Source: Candidatus Sericytochromatia bacterium
GTDB taxonomy: Bacteria > Cyanobacteriota > Sericytochromatia > S15B-MN24 > VGJW01
Length of the DNA: 64,000 nucleotides
Direction of reading: 5' to 3'
NCBI GenBank assembly: GCA_035285865.1
Contig: JAYKHS010000003.1
Location: 1-64,000 of the forward strand
Positions 9,723-20,400 of the stretch are shown here, in pieces. The notes below the pieces were generated by a model, which was not told the origin of the DNA, searched no databases, and saw only the letters and a program-made list of their open reading frames with translations. The position numbers were made by a program, and so were the translations under genes. Within the stretch, counting starts at the first letter, position 1. Every line of letters begins with the position of its first letter.

Positions 9723-10505
9723 ATGACTCGGTTGAAGCTGATCGCATCCCTCGTCTTGGTCATCCTGCCTGCGGTCTTTCTCGCGGACGGAAGGAATCGT
9801 GAACAGTTTTCACGCATGGTCCGCAACGCCGCGGCCGGCGCCCCGGTCAACAAGGGCATCCGATTCTCCGTGCCCTTCCTCGCCACGCCCACTCCACCGC
9901 CGCGCACGTACCCCGCCTATCCGGAGTCCGTCGTCTGGGGCGAGGACGTCAACCTGAGGCTTGAGGATCTGGGGGCGGGCTATTGGCAATCCTCGGCCAT
10001 CAACCTGTGGTCCGGGGCCATCCTCGAGGGCGACAAGGCCACCCTGGGCCACCTGCGCTTCAAGCTCAACCCACCCGATGACCCCATCCATCCGGGCCAC
10101 GCGGCCTTGGCGCTGCCGGGAGACTGGCACGTCGTTCGATTCTCGCCGATGAATCCGGCCGAGTGGGCCACGCGAACCGACTTCTCGCGCCAGGCGTGGC
10201 GGAACGTGGCCGATGCGGAGGTGCCGGCGCTTTGGGCGTTGCGTGCCGGACAGGCCTTCGTCATGCGCGTGGAGCTCAAGCGTCCCGAAGCCCCGCCTCC
10301 GCCGACCCCGACGGCAACGGTCACGGCCAGCGCCTCGACGATGTCGGCACCGCCCAGGCCGGCCCGCAAGCCACCGAAGCGCCTGCTCGCCAAGATATTC
10401 CTGCGCAAGTTGTCGCTCGACAACGTCCGCTTCGACTACGTGCTGCAAACCGACGGGAGCTTCCGGATCCCGTTGCGCGATCCTCGCTCGCTGCCCGCGA
10501 ACTGA
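9723..10505 (+). CDS. Hypothetical protein with N-terminal membrane anchor
   Basis: MTRLKLIASLVLVILPAVFLA hydrophobic N-terminus; typical high-GC codon pattern. Confidence 0.7.
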   Translation: MTRLKLIASLVLVILPAVFLADGRNREQFSRMVRNAAAGAPVNKGIRFSVPFLATPTPPPRTYPAYPESVVWGEDVNLRLEDLGAGYWQSSAINLWSGAILEGDKATLGHLRFKLNPPDDPIHPGHAALALPGDWHVVRFSPMNPAEWATRTDFSRQAWRNVADAEVPALWALRAGQAFVMRVELKRPEAPPPPTPTATVTASASTMSAPPRPARKPPKRLLAKIFLRKLSLDNVRFDYVLQTDGSFRIPLRDPRSLPAN

Positions 10506-10537
10506 AGCAGCGGGGGCTGATCGGGTATGCATGGCAC

Positions 10538-10783
10538 GTGGGCATCGAGATCGGCCAAGTCGTCGTGGAGCGGCGCCATGGCCACGAGTGGTGCGGCCTG
10601 CTGCTCTACGTCATCGACGGCCAGGAGCGCGTCCTGCCTTGGAGTGCGGACATGGGCAGCCCGAGACAACTGGTCCTGAAACTGTTCCCATCCCCACGGG
10701 ACGGGCATCTGGAAGCGGTGCAGACCCACTACCGTGCCTTGGCCGACGCCATCGTGGCACAGGTCCAGCCGCCTGCCCCCTGA
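10538..10783 (+). CDS. Small hypothetical protein
   Basis: Protein-like 81-aa frame (VGIEIGQVVVERRHGHEWCGLLLYVIDG...) fills the gap between neighbouring genes. Confidence 0.55.
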   Translation: MGIEIGQVVVERRHGHEWCGLLLYVIDGQERVLPWSADMGSPRQLVLKLFPSPRDGHLEAVQTHYRALADAIVAQVQPPAP

Positions 10784-10883
10784 GAGCGTCTCACTTCCCA
10801 ATGCGGATGACGCCACCTACCATGGCGAACCCGAAAGGGCGCGATGTCGTCATGCCATGGCACGCAATCAGGAGGCTGCACGG

Positions 10884-12011
10884 ATGTCCCGAGTACCCTG
10901 CTCACGCTGGCCGGGCCTGCTGTTGGCCACAAGCGTCCTTGCCGCGGCACCCGCGGAGGCTGCCAGCACGCCCGAGGCCGATCGACTGCTGGCTGCCGTC
11001 CTGCGCCAGGACCGACCAGCCTTCGAGGGGCAGCGCCAGTACCGGCTGATCCGCCAGACCGCCTCCATGGAAGCCCGCATGCAAGTCGCCTGGAAGGACG
11101 AGCGGAACTACCGGGTCACGATCCAGGACCCGCCCAAGCTGGCGGACGTGCGCGTCTGGCTCGACAACAACCGGGCCCATGTCCACTTCCCGATGGAAAA
11201 CCTCTTCTTCCGCAACGACAACCCTGCCGGCGCGAGCGAGGTCGGAGCCACCATTCTCGGGCAAGTCACCCAGGATGGTACTGCTCTGGTTCGGAACTAT
11301 GACCTGCACGTGCTCGGCGAAGCCGAACGGATGGTAGGGACACTGCCGGACTCCGTGGCTGGCGAGCCATGCGACATCCTCGAGGCCACGCCTGCCGGAC
11401 AGGCGAGAAGCGGCACCTATACACGGCCCGGGCATCGCTTCTGGGTCGCGAGATCCTCCGGACACATCATGCGCGAGGAGCGGACCTGGGGCAGCGGCCT
11501 TGCGCCCTTTTTCCTGAGTTGGTACGACGCCTATGCTCCCAGCAAGACTCCGGCCATCGGCGTGCCGGTCCCGCGCGACGTCAACCGCGTCGAGCTGGCA
11601 GCTGCCTCGCGTGACAACAGCTTCCGGACCTTCCGATCGGCAGCGGAAGCCGAAAAGGCCATCGGCGAACCGGTCGCCTTACCCGGCGAGTTGCCGGCAG
11701 GTTTCCGTCTGGTCGGCATCCAATGCCCGACGTTCTATCGCTCGCGCCTCATCCTGCAGAGCTACACCGACGGCTTGAACTGGCTCTACGTCCAGTACCG
11801 CGGCAAGCCCAACCTGTGGGTCACGCTGGTCGCCGGCGCCCAGGCCGTACGGCTGGTCGACAAGTTCCAGGAGTTGGCCTTCCAGGCCCCGTACAACTAC
11901 TACGGAGCCGAAAAGGGCGAGCAGATCGTCTTCGTCTACGGGGACCTGCCCCCGGAGGATCTCCGGCGAGTCACGGACAGCCTGCCGCTGCCGACGAAGG
12001 GCCGTTCCTGA
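10884..12011 (+). CDS. Secreted LolA/RseB(MucB)-fold protein
   Basis: Signal peptide ending AAAPAEA; DSVAGEPCDILEATP..HRFWVARSSGHIMREE is LolA/RseB-like; C-terminal AEAEKAIGEPVALPGELPAGFRL is DUF4367-like. Confidence 0.7.
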   Translation: MSRVPCSRWPGLLLATSVLAAAPAEAASTPEADRLLAAVLRQDRPAFEGQRQYRLIRQTASMEARMQVAWKDERNYRVTIQDPPKLADVRVWLDNNRAHVHFPMENLFFRNDNPAGASEVGATILGQVTQDGTALVRNYDLHVLGEAERMVGTLPDSVAGEPCDILEATPAGQARSGTYTRPGHRFWVARSSGHIMREERTWGSGLAPFFLSWYDAYAPSKTPAIGVPVPRDVNRVELAAASRDNSFRTFRSAAEAEKAIGEPVALPGELPAGFRLVGIQCPTFYRSRLILQSYTDGLNWLYVQYRGKPNLWVTLVAGAQAVRLVDKFQELAFQAPYNYYGAEKGEQIVFVYGDLPPEDLRRVTDSLPLPTKGRS

Positions 12012-12015
12012 AGCC

Positions 12016-12900
12016 GTGCTCAAGGTTCGCTGGCTGACGGCGTCCCTGGGCTGCCACGTGCTCGGGCTGGTGCTCTGGATCGTGGCCCAGGACCTCCGTC
12101 CCGTGGCACCGCCTCGGATGGCACGGAAAGTCCGACCACCGGCGGTGATGCGCTGGGTGCAGCCCGCCAGCCTGCCCGCACCGGCTCCGATGCCGAGGCC
12201 GGAAGTTCCGGCGCGCCTGGCGCTGGAGAGCGCAAGGGCCGTCCCGAAGCCACGCGTCACGCCCCCGCCGCGGCCCAAGCCGGTGCAGAAGCCCGCCATC
12301 AAGCCCAGCCCTCGTCCGCAAGGCACGCCCCAACCGGCGGCCACACCGGACGACCCGGTGGCCGCTCGCCTCGCCCAGTTGGGGCTCACGGCCTCATCGG
12401 CTGCCGCCATCACGGCGGATGTCGACGCGGCCATCGCCGCCAGCCGCGGCAAGCTCACGCCCACGACTCCGACGGAGAGCGTGGCATTCTGGCCAGAAGC
12501 GTGGGCCACGGGCTCCCGACCGGTGGAAGACTTCCTCGCGGGCATCCTGCCGACCCGGAAAGGCTACGAGGCCGAACTGGGCACCGATCCCCGGTCCGGC
12601 TTTCCCGAGGCACGGATCCGCTACGCCGCGCAGGCCAACTTCGTGACGGGCAAGTCCATCCTGGTCATCGCGCGCTGGCCTGCCAATCCCGGCCAAGGCG
12701 GCGTGGCCGAGGTCTCGGTCCAGGAGTGGCTGCCCGGCCTGGGCCTGGTACCGGGTGGCCCGACGACGCGCTTCCGCATGCCCCTGCCCCCGGCCGGTGG
12801 CGACCGCGAGGCATTCCTCGACGGTCTGGCCGGTTTCTGCATGCTCGGCTATCAGCAGGCCCTTGCCGGACTCGACCCGATGGCGGCTCCGTCGCCTTGA
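12016..12900 (+). CDS. Hypothetical protein: N-terminal TM helix, Pro/Lys-rich linker, globular C-terminus
   Basis: WLTASLGCHVLGLVLW resembles a TonB/TolA-type anchor (S-x-x-x-H); PKPRVTPPPRPKP linker. Confidence 0.65.
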   Translation: MLKVRWLTASLGCHVLGLVLWIVAQDLRPVAPPRMARKVRPPAVMRWVQPASLPAPAPMPRPEVPARLALESARAVPKPRVTPPPRPKPVQKPAIKPSPRPQGTPQPAATPDDPVAARLAQLGLTASSAAAITADVDAAIAASRGKLTPTTPTESVAFWPEAWATGSRPVEDFLAGILPTRKGYEAELGTDPRSGFPEARIRYAAQANFVTGKSILVIARWPANPGQGGVAEVSVQEWLPGLGLVPGGPTTRFRMPLPPAGGDREAFLDGLAGFCMLGYQQALAGLDPMAAPSP

Positions 12901-12919
12901 CTTTGGTATGCTGGGCAGC

Positions 12920-13318
12920 ATGGCTCGCACCGCGCCCGTCGAAGCTCTCCTGGCCAACCTCCCCGCCTACCTGGAGTCGGTCGGCGTCCTGACGACCGAC
13001 CACAAGGCAGAGGTCGACATCGTCGCGCAATCGGCGCCCTTCCTGCGCCTTGGAGAGATCATCCTCGGCCTGGGCATCCTCTCGCTGGACGATTACACGC
13101 GGCACGTCCGGACCTACCTGAGCAAGCTCAGGCTGGGGGATTACCTGGTCCTGCGTCGGCTCGTGACGGCGGAGCAGGTCGAACGGGCCGTCGCGCTGCA
13201 GCAAGAGACGGGTCGGCTGCTCGGCTGGGCGCTGATCCACCTCGGCTATTGCGACATGCCGACGCTGCAACTGGTCCTCGAGGAGCAGCGCAGCCTGCGC
13301 GGCGAAGACGCCGTCTAG
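12920..13318 (+). CDS. Stand-alone MshEN-repeat protein (putative c-di-GMP receptor)
   Basis: RLGEIILGLGIL, RLGDYLVLRRLVTAEQVERAVALQ, LLGWALIHLGY..LQLVLEEQ. Confidence 0.75.
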   Translation: MARTAPVEALLANLPAYLESVGVLTTDHKAEVDIVAQSAPFLRLGEIILGLGILSLDDYTRHVRTYLSKLRLGDYLVLRRLVTAEQVERAVALQQETGRLLGWALIHLGYCDMPTLQLVLEEQRSLRGEDAV

Positions 13319-13396
13319 CGCTCCCGGGTCGGACCGCCGCACCTGGGGCATGACGGTCCGCTGGCTTCCGTTCCCTCAGCGTGGGAAGACGGAGGC

Positions 13397-14914
13397 ATGA
13401 ACACCGCCATCCGCACCGCCTGTCCCGACGGCTACGACGTCATCGCCATCACGGCCGAGGCCATCCGCACCCGTGGCCTGCCGGGCATCGTGATCGTGGG
13501 CCTCGGAGACACCAGCGTTCAGGAGAGCCGGGAGCGCGTGCGGGCTGCGATCCTGGCCTCGGGTCGCCGAACGCCGCGAGGACGTCTTGTCGTCAACCTG
13601 GCCCCGTCCGGGACACGCAAGCGCGGGACTGGGCTTGACCTGAGCATTGCGCTGGCCCTGCTGGGCCTCGACGAGCCGATTGCACGCGAATGCCCGGCTC
13701 CCCTCGTGATCGGGGAGCTCGGTCTCGACGGCTCGATCCGGGCAGCCGAGGGATTGCCGGGCCTTGTGCAGATGGCCCTGGGAGAAGGGCGCCGCCTGAT
13801 CCTGCCCGACACGCAGGCTGCCCTCGCCGCGCGCATCGAAGGCCTGCGATACGTCTCTTGCAGCACTCTGGACGATGCTCTGGCGGCCATGCAAGACCCC
13901 GGACGCTACACGGTCGGCCAAGACGAACCGATTTCCGCCCCAATGGCTGACCGCGAGGCTGCCCTCGTGCTGGCGGCGCAACCTGTCGCCGGCCTCGCCA
14001 TGCTGGCGATGGCGGCAGGCGGTCACCATACGCTGATCAGCGGCCCATCGGGCAGCGGCAAGTCACTGCTCGCATCCGCGGCGCGCTGGTTGATGCCCCC
14101 GCTTGAGGCCGACGAGCGCCTGACACACGCCAGAGTGGCACACTGGGCCGGGCTGGCCGGACCCGAGCAACTCCTGTCCCGGGATCGCCCGTTTCGTGCC
14201 CCGCACCACGCCATCACGGCCACTGCTTTGCTGGGCGGGGGCACGCATGCAAGGCCTGGCGAAGTCAGTCTCGCCCACACGGGCGTGCTTTTCCTCGACG
14301 AACTCGGCGAACGACCACGCGCCACCCTCGACTTGCTGCGCGAGCCCATGGACTCGGGCGTGATCCCGGGCTTGCGCCCTGACGGGCGCACGGTGCTGCC
14401 TGCAGCCTTCACGCTGCTTTTGGCGGGCACGCCATGTCCCTGCGGCCGCTGGGGACAGGCCGATGGCGCGTGCCAGTGCCTCTCCCGACACCGGGATCCG
14501 GTAGCAGGGAAGCTCTCCTCGGGCCTGCGCGATCGGCTGGACCTGCGCGTCATGCTGGACAGCGGCGGACCGGAGGGCCTGATGCACGGCCTCCCGCAGC
14601 CGGAAGACCTGCCGGCCTTGGTCCGCGAGGCTCGGGCCCGGCAGCGCCACTGGTCGGCGAGGACCGGCGGCTGCGCCTGGCAAGGCCGAATGTCCCGGGA
14701 AGAACTGGACGTCCGCTGTCCGCGCGACGATGCCGCGCGTCAACTTGAGGAGCACCTGCGCCGGAGCGGAGCCTCGCGGCGCACCTTCACGGCTATCCGG
14801 CGCGTCGCCCTGACACTGGCCAACCTCGCCGGCCGACCGACACCCGATGAGGAGGATCTCGGACGCGCGACGCTGCTGCGACAGGAGGCATGGCCGGATG
14901 CGATGCTATCCTGA
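13397..14914 (+). CDS. comM: YifB/ComM family Mg-chelatase-like AAA+ ATPase
   Basis: IVGLGDTSVQESRERVRAA, VNLAPSGTRKRGTGLDL, GPSGSGKS, PFRAPHH, PGEVSLAHTGVLFLDE, PCPCG. Confidence 0.9.
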   Translation: MNTAIRTACPDGYDVIAITAEAIRTRGLPGIVIVGLGDTSVQESRERVRAAILASGRRTPRGRLVVNLAPSGTRKRGTGLDLSIALALLGLDEPIARECPAPLVIGELGLDGSIRAAEGLPGLVQMALGEGRRLILPDTQAALAARIEGLRYVSCSTLDDALAAMQDPGRYTVGQDEPISAPMADREAALVLAAQPVAGLAMLAMAAGGHHTLISGPSGSGKSLLASAARWLMPPLEADERLTHARVAHWAGLAGPEQLLSRDRPFRAPHHAITATALLGGGTHARPGEVSLAHTGVLFLDELGERPRATLDLLREPMDSGVIPGLRPDGRTVLPAAFTLLLAGTPCPCGRWGQADGACQCLSRHRDPVAGKLSSGLRDRLDLRVMLDSGGPEGLMHGLPQPEDLPALVREARARQRHWSARTGGCAWQGRMSREELDVRCPRDDAARQLEEHLRRSGASRRTFTAIRRVALTLANLAGRPTPDEEDLGRATLLRQEAWPDAMLS

Positions 14915-14978
14915 GATACGCCCTCCGGCAGGGGGATCAGGCTCCGGGTCTGGTCTGGCCGGCTCCCATCCGAACGAC

Positions 14979-15653
14979 GTGAAGCATCCTGCACACACCC
15001 CGTGGATCGGCCTGCTGGCCGGTTGCCTGTTGACGGGTTGTCTTGAGGGAGCCGGCGGCTACCTCCGACAGGACGGAAATGCCGCAATTCCCCGCGCGCT
15101 GGATGTCCTCGCAAGCGATGCCTCGAGCATTCGCGCCACATGGACGCGGGAACAGCCACTCGGACTCGAGGGCTCGGTAGCGGCTACCCTGCTGGATCCG
15201 GCCGTCGGCCGTGCCATCCTGGCCATCGAGACGAGGGACAGGCGCTCGGCCGGGGTCCTCGACACCATGGCCCTGCAGAGTTGGCAGCGCTGGTACGCCG
15301 GGGGCCGGACGCTGCCCGTGCTGGTACGCTGGCGTTTCGATCGCAACTTCCACGCCGAAGCCATCACCGACCCAGCCCAGTGGCAGCTTGCACTCGTGGC
15401 CGACGACCGGACACCCATCGCGCCCCTGCGGTGGGGACGGGTCACGCGACAGGATGACGACGAGGCATGGGCCGGCAGCTTCACGGTCTGGTTCCCGTGG
15501 CACGGAGCTGACGGCCGTCCGGCCATGGGGCATCAGCCCAGACGCCTTCGGTTGCTGGTTTCCGGGTCGCCCGGCAGCGCTGAACTGCAATGGCGCTTCG
15601 CCCCGCTGCTCACCGACATGCGCACCGTGCCGTGGGGTCCCGACCCCTGGTGA
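14979..15653 (+). CDS. Hypothetical lipoprotein
   Basis: GLLAGCLLTGC lipobox; stop codon overlaps the miaA start (GTGA). Confidence 0.65.
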   Translation: MKHPAHTPWIGLLAGCLLTGCLEGAGGYLRQDGNAAIPRALDVLASDASSIRATWTREQPLGLEGSVAATLLDPAVGRAILAIETRDRRSAGVLDTMALQSWQRWYAGGRTLPVLVRWRFDRNFHAEAITDPAQWQLALVADDRTPIAPLRWGRVTRQDDDEAWAGSFTVWFPWHGADGRPAMGHQPRRLRLLVSGSPGSAELQWRFAPLLTDMRTVPWGPDPW

Positions 15654-16567
15654 GCCCGGCCCCGGACAGGCGGGTCCTCGTGGTGTCCGGCCCCACCGCC
15701 TCGGGCAAGTCCGCACTGGCCTTGGCGCTCGCCGAGCGCTGGCCCGTGACGATACTTTCGGCCGACTCGCGCCAGGTCTACAAGGGGTTCAACATCGGTA
15801 CAGCCAAGCCGACATCCGCCGAGCAGATGCGCGTCCCCCACCGGCTGATCGATGTCGCCGAGCCGACGGAACGCTATACAGCGGCCCAATGGGTGGCCGA
15901 CGCCCGCACCTGCCTCGAAGAATCCTGGTCGGAAGGCCGCCTGCCGATTGTCACCGGGGGCACGGGTTTCTGGATTCGCGCCCTGCTCGGGGGCACCCCG
16001 GTCGCACCGGTCCCCCCGGACGAGGCCGAGCGCGACCGCCTGATGGCACTGCCTGACCTGCATGCACGCCTCGCTGCAGTCGATCCGGATTCAGCCGCAA
16101 GGCTTCACCCCAACGATCGCTTCAGGCTGGCCAGAGCCCTCGAGATTGCGCTGGCGACCGGCCGGCCGCGCGGGGCCGTTCAATCCGTCGCACCCGACTG
16201 GAACACCTTGCACCTGACGCTCGTGCCGGACAGGAACGACCTGCGCCGGACCATCGCGCTTCGGACCGAAGCCATGAACGCCGCAGGCTGGGCGGATGAG
16301 GTACGCGACCTGATGGCGCAGTACGGGCCGGACCTGCCTCTGCTCGAGACCTTGGGCTATCGGGAGTGGCGCGACGTGCTGGCGCACGGCCGCGACCCCG
16401 AGGAGGCGATGGCCAGCGTCACGACGCGGACGAGCCAGTTCGCACGTCGCCAGGCTTCCTGGTTCCGCCACGAACCCGATGCCGTGCCGGTAATTCGCGA
16501 GACCGGCAAGCCGTGGTCGGTGCTGGTCGAGGAGGTCATCCGGATCTGCGAGGCATGGCAAGCATGA
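15650..16567 (+). CDS. miaA: tRNA dimethylallyltransferase
   Basis: GPTASGKS, SADSRQVYKGFNIGTAKP, TGGTGFW, LHPNDRFRLARALE, FARRQASWF. Confidence 0.96.
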   Translation: MSPAPDRRVLVVSGPTASGKSALALALAERWPVTILSADSRQVYKGFNIGTAKPTSAEQMRVPHRLIDVAEPTERYTAAQWVADARTCLEESWSEGRLPIVTGGTGFWIRALLGGTPVAPVPPDEAERDRLMALPDLHARLAAVDPDSAARLHPNDRFRLARALEIALATGRPRGAVQSVAPDWNTLHLTLVPDRNDLRRTIALRTEAMNAAGWADEVRDLMAQYGPDLPLLETLGYREWRDVLAHGRDPEEAMASVTTRTSQFARRQASWFRHEPDAVPVIRETGKPWSVLVEEVIRICEAWQA

Positions 16568-17445
16568 ACCCCGAGCACTTTCCTCCATCACACGCCTGGG
16601 CCCGCATGGAAGGACTCGGGAACGACTTCATCGTGGTGCTCGCCCCGGAACCGGACACTCCCGTCCCCGATGCCGATGCAGCCCGGACGCTCTGCGATCG
16701 CCACCGAGGCATCGGGGGAGACGGCCTGCTCTGGTTGAGCATGGACTACGATGGCACGCCGCGCATGACGGTGCTGAACGCCGATGGCAGCAGGCCGGGC
16801 ATGTGCGGCAACGGGCTGCGGTGCGCAGCCCGCTATCTCGCCGATCGAGGCCTCGCTCCGAGGGATCGGACTTTCGGAATCCGGACGGACAGCGGCACTC
16901 GGGAAGTCCGGATGCTGGATGGCGACCACATCGAGGCGCTGCTGGACGTCCCGGCATTCGCGCCGGAGGATCTGCCTGCTCGCCCGGCACAGGCGCACCG
17001 CAGCCATTCAGGCGACCACGGCACCACAAGGATGGCCCTCGACCCCGAAGATCCCCCGGGCATGCTCGTCAGCATGGGCAACCCGCATCTGGTGCTGCTG
17101 GATGACACCTTCGACCGAAGTCGATTCAAGGATCTCGGGCACCGAGCCCAGACGCACCCGGCCTTGCCCGAGGGCGTGAACCTGGGCTGGGCACGCCTCT
17201 CGGGTGCAGACACGCTCGATCTGGACGTCTGGGAACGGGGCGTCGGACCGACCCAGGCCTGCGGCACCGGGGCGGCGGCAGCGGCCGTGACTGCCTCGCT
17301 GGCCGTCGGCAAGCCTGGTGCCTGGCACGTACGGCAACCGGGGGGCACGTTGTTGTGTCGCTGGGATGGTCCGGGCACGCCAGTGGTCCAAGTCGGGCCG
17401 GCGCGGTGGATCGCGACGGGCAACTGGCCTACGATCTCCCGATGA
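16564..17445 (+). CDS. dapF: Diaminopimelate epimerase
   Basis: GLGNDF, DRHRGIGGDG, NADGSRPGMCGNGLRC, SMGNPH, WERGVGPTQACGTGA. Confidence 0.95.
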   Translation: MNPEHFPPSHAWARMEGLGNDFIVVLAPEPDTPVPDADAARTLCDRHRGIGGDGLLWLSMDYDGTPRMTVLNADGSRPGMCGNGLRCAARYLADRGLAPRDRTFGIRTDSGTREVRMLDGDHIEALLDVPAFAPEDLPARPAQAHRSHSGDHGTTRMALDPEDPPGMLVSMGNPHLVLLDDTFDRSRFKDLGHRAQTHPALPEGVNLGWARLSGADTLDLDVWERGVGPTQACGTGAAAAAVTASLAVGKPGAWHVRQPGGTLLCRWDGPGTPVVQVGPARWIATGNWPTISR

Positions 17446-17448
17446 AGC

Positions 17449-20400
17449 TCAGGCCCCGAGCCCGGCCTCCTCGACCCGCGCCGCCCGCCGCCGCGTTGCA
17501 GACCGGTACAGGGCGTCTCGCCCGAGCCAGGCCACCATCGCGGGGAAGACCAGAACATTCAGGATTGTCGAGCTCACGAGACCGCCAAGGATGACGGTCG
17601 CAACCGGCTGCAGGATCTCCTGACCCGGGACGTGACCGCCAAAAGCCAGAGGCAGCAGGCCCAGGCCGGCCGTGGTGGCCGTCATCAGCACGGGACCGAG
17701 TCGCACCCTGCTGCCCTCCCGAAGCATCTCGAGCGTCACCGGCCTCGGGCCTTCGGGGCCGTCGCATGCAGCGGCAAACTGCTCGAGCAGCAGAATGCTG
17801 TTGCGCGCGGCGATGCCGGTGAGGGTGACGGCCCCGATCAGGCTGGCGACCGAGAGGATCCCGCCGGACGACCAGATGGCGGCCACGGCGCCGACCAGGG
17901 CGAGAGGCAGGGCCGCGAGGACGAGACCCGCCAGCGTGGCGGACCGGAAATGCATCCAGAGCACCCCGAAGACCAGACTGAGCGAAACCAGCGACAGCAG
18001 GCCCACCCGTTTCGTGGCCTCGCGCTGGGTCTTCCACTGACCTTCAATCGCGACGACGTGGCCCTCAGGCAGGACAAGGCCACGCTCGAGCGTCTCCTCG
18101 AGCAGGCGCGAGGCACGCTCCTGGTCGCGCCCGGCGAAAGCCGCCGTCACGATGACGACCTGCTGGCGCGCCTCTCGATGGATGGCCTCGGGACCCATGT
18201 GCCGCGAAAGTGAAGCCACGGAGGAGAGCGGCCGCATGACCCCGTCCGGCCCGGCGATGGGCCAGGCTGCCAAGGCGCCCGCAACCCCCATGTCCGCCGG
18301 ATCGGCACGCACGACGACATCCCGGATCAGCAGGCCATCTCGCCACTCACCGACCTTGCGGCCCGCAAGCGCCATCGCCGCCTGCTGACTGACATCCCGA
18401 GCCCCGAGGCCCCATGCCCCCGCGCGCAGGCGATCCACGACGACTTCCTCGATGGGCACCTCGTTGCCGGCCTCCACACGCACGTCGACGAGACCCGGCA
18501 CGCCGGAGGCCAGACGCGCGGCCTGCCTCGCCAAGGCCGGCAACTGGCGGCCGTCCGGGCCACTGATCTTGATGGCCACCGGGGCCCGGACACCGGACAG
18601 CAGGTGATCCAGGCGATGGCCGATGGGCTGGCCGAGCGAGAAGCCCACGCCCGGCATGCCGGCGAGCCGGGCCCGCAACTGCATGGCGAGGTCAGGGTCC
18701 TGCAGATGCTCGGGCCGGATCTGCACGTCGATCTCGCTGAAATGCAGCCCCTCGGCGTGGCTGTCGCCCTCTGCCCGTCCGGTCCGTCGACTGACGCGCA
18801 GCACCGCAGGGTGCGCGGCCAACATGCGCTCCGCCGCGCGTCCCAGTCTGTCGGAAGCCTCGAGCGACATCCCTGGCTGGGCCAGCATCGCGAGGGTCCA
18901 CGACCCCTCCCGAAAGGGCGGCAGGAACTCGCGTCCGAACCAGGGCACCGTGGCCGTGGCCAGCACCCCCGCCAACATCGTCAGCGAGACCACCCGGCGC
19001 GGATGCGCGAGCACCCGGACCTGGATACGGTCGTTGGCCGCCTGCAAGCGCTGCAGCACCCAAGAGTCGTGCGGCCGCTCTCGGGCCTGCCGGGGCAGCA
19101 GCCACGCCGACATGGCGGGCGTCAGCGTCAGGGAAACTACTAGCGAGGCCAGGATGGACAGGATGTAGGCCAGTCCCAAGGGCACGAACAGGCGTCCCTC
19201 CACACCGCCCAGCGCGAACAGGGGCACCATGACGAGCACGACGACCATCGTGGCCTGCACGATGGCGCCTCTGACCTCGCGCGAAGCCTCGATGACGACG
19301 TGCAGCGGCGAAACGCCGTCGGGTGCTTCGCGCAGGCGACGCCAGATGTTCTCGACGTCGACGATCGCATCGTCGACCAACTCGCCGACGGCGATGGCAA
19401 GCCCTCCCAGCGTCATCGTGTTGATGGGCAGGTCCAGCAGGCGCAGGGCCAAGAGCGAGGTCAGGAAACTCAGGGGCAGGGCCGAAAGCGAGATCAGCGT
19501 GGTGCGGACATTCGCGAGGAACAGCCCCAACACGACGACGACCAGCAGCGAACCATCGCGCAGCGCCGTGACGACGTGGTGCACCGCCGCCCTGATGAAG
19601 CGATCCTGCCGGAAGACATCGGTATCGAGGATGGTTCCGGGAGGCAGGGAGTGCATGACCTCGTGAACGGCCGCGTCGAGACGCTGGAGCAGATCCAGCG
19701 TGTTGACCCCGGGTTGCTTGCTGACAGCCAGAATTACGGCCGGACGACCGCCGACCGAACCGGTCCCACGAGGCACGGCATGCCCGAAGGCGACGCGCGC
19801 GACCTGATCGAGGCGCAGCAAACCCTCGGGTCGCCAAAGCACGGGCGTGCCGGCAAGGTCCCCGAGGCCCTGGATGCGTCCCCGCTGCTGCACCAGGATC
19901 TCCTGATCAGGACCAAGCATGGTCCCGCCGGGCGCCACGCCATCCGCACGCTGGACGGCCTCGACGAGGCGCTCGAGCCCCACTCCCTGGCGCACCATGC
20001 GGGCCGGGTCCGGCTGCACCGTCACCTGCCGCAGCAGGCCTCCGATGACGGTGACCTGCGCGACCCCCGGCACCGCGAGCAACCGCGGCTGGACCCAGCG
20101 GTCCGCGGCATCGCGCAAGGCCATCGGATCGCCGTCATGTGCAGTCAATGACATCAATTGCACCTCGCCGAGCAGCGACACGAAAGGTCCGATGCGCGCC
20201 TCGACGCCGGCAGGAAAGCGCCGCGAGGCTTCGGCAAGCCGATCGGTGACCCACTGGCGGTTCCGGAAGGGGTCGGTTCCCCACGCGAATCCGAGCGTGG
20301 TCATCGCCAGACCGGCCTGAGCGCGAGACCGCATCGTCTCGAGCCCGGGCAAGCCCCCGAGGTGCCGTTCCAGCACCACGACGACCGAGGTGTCGACCTC

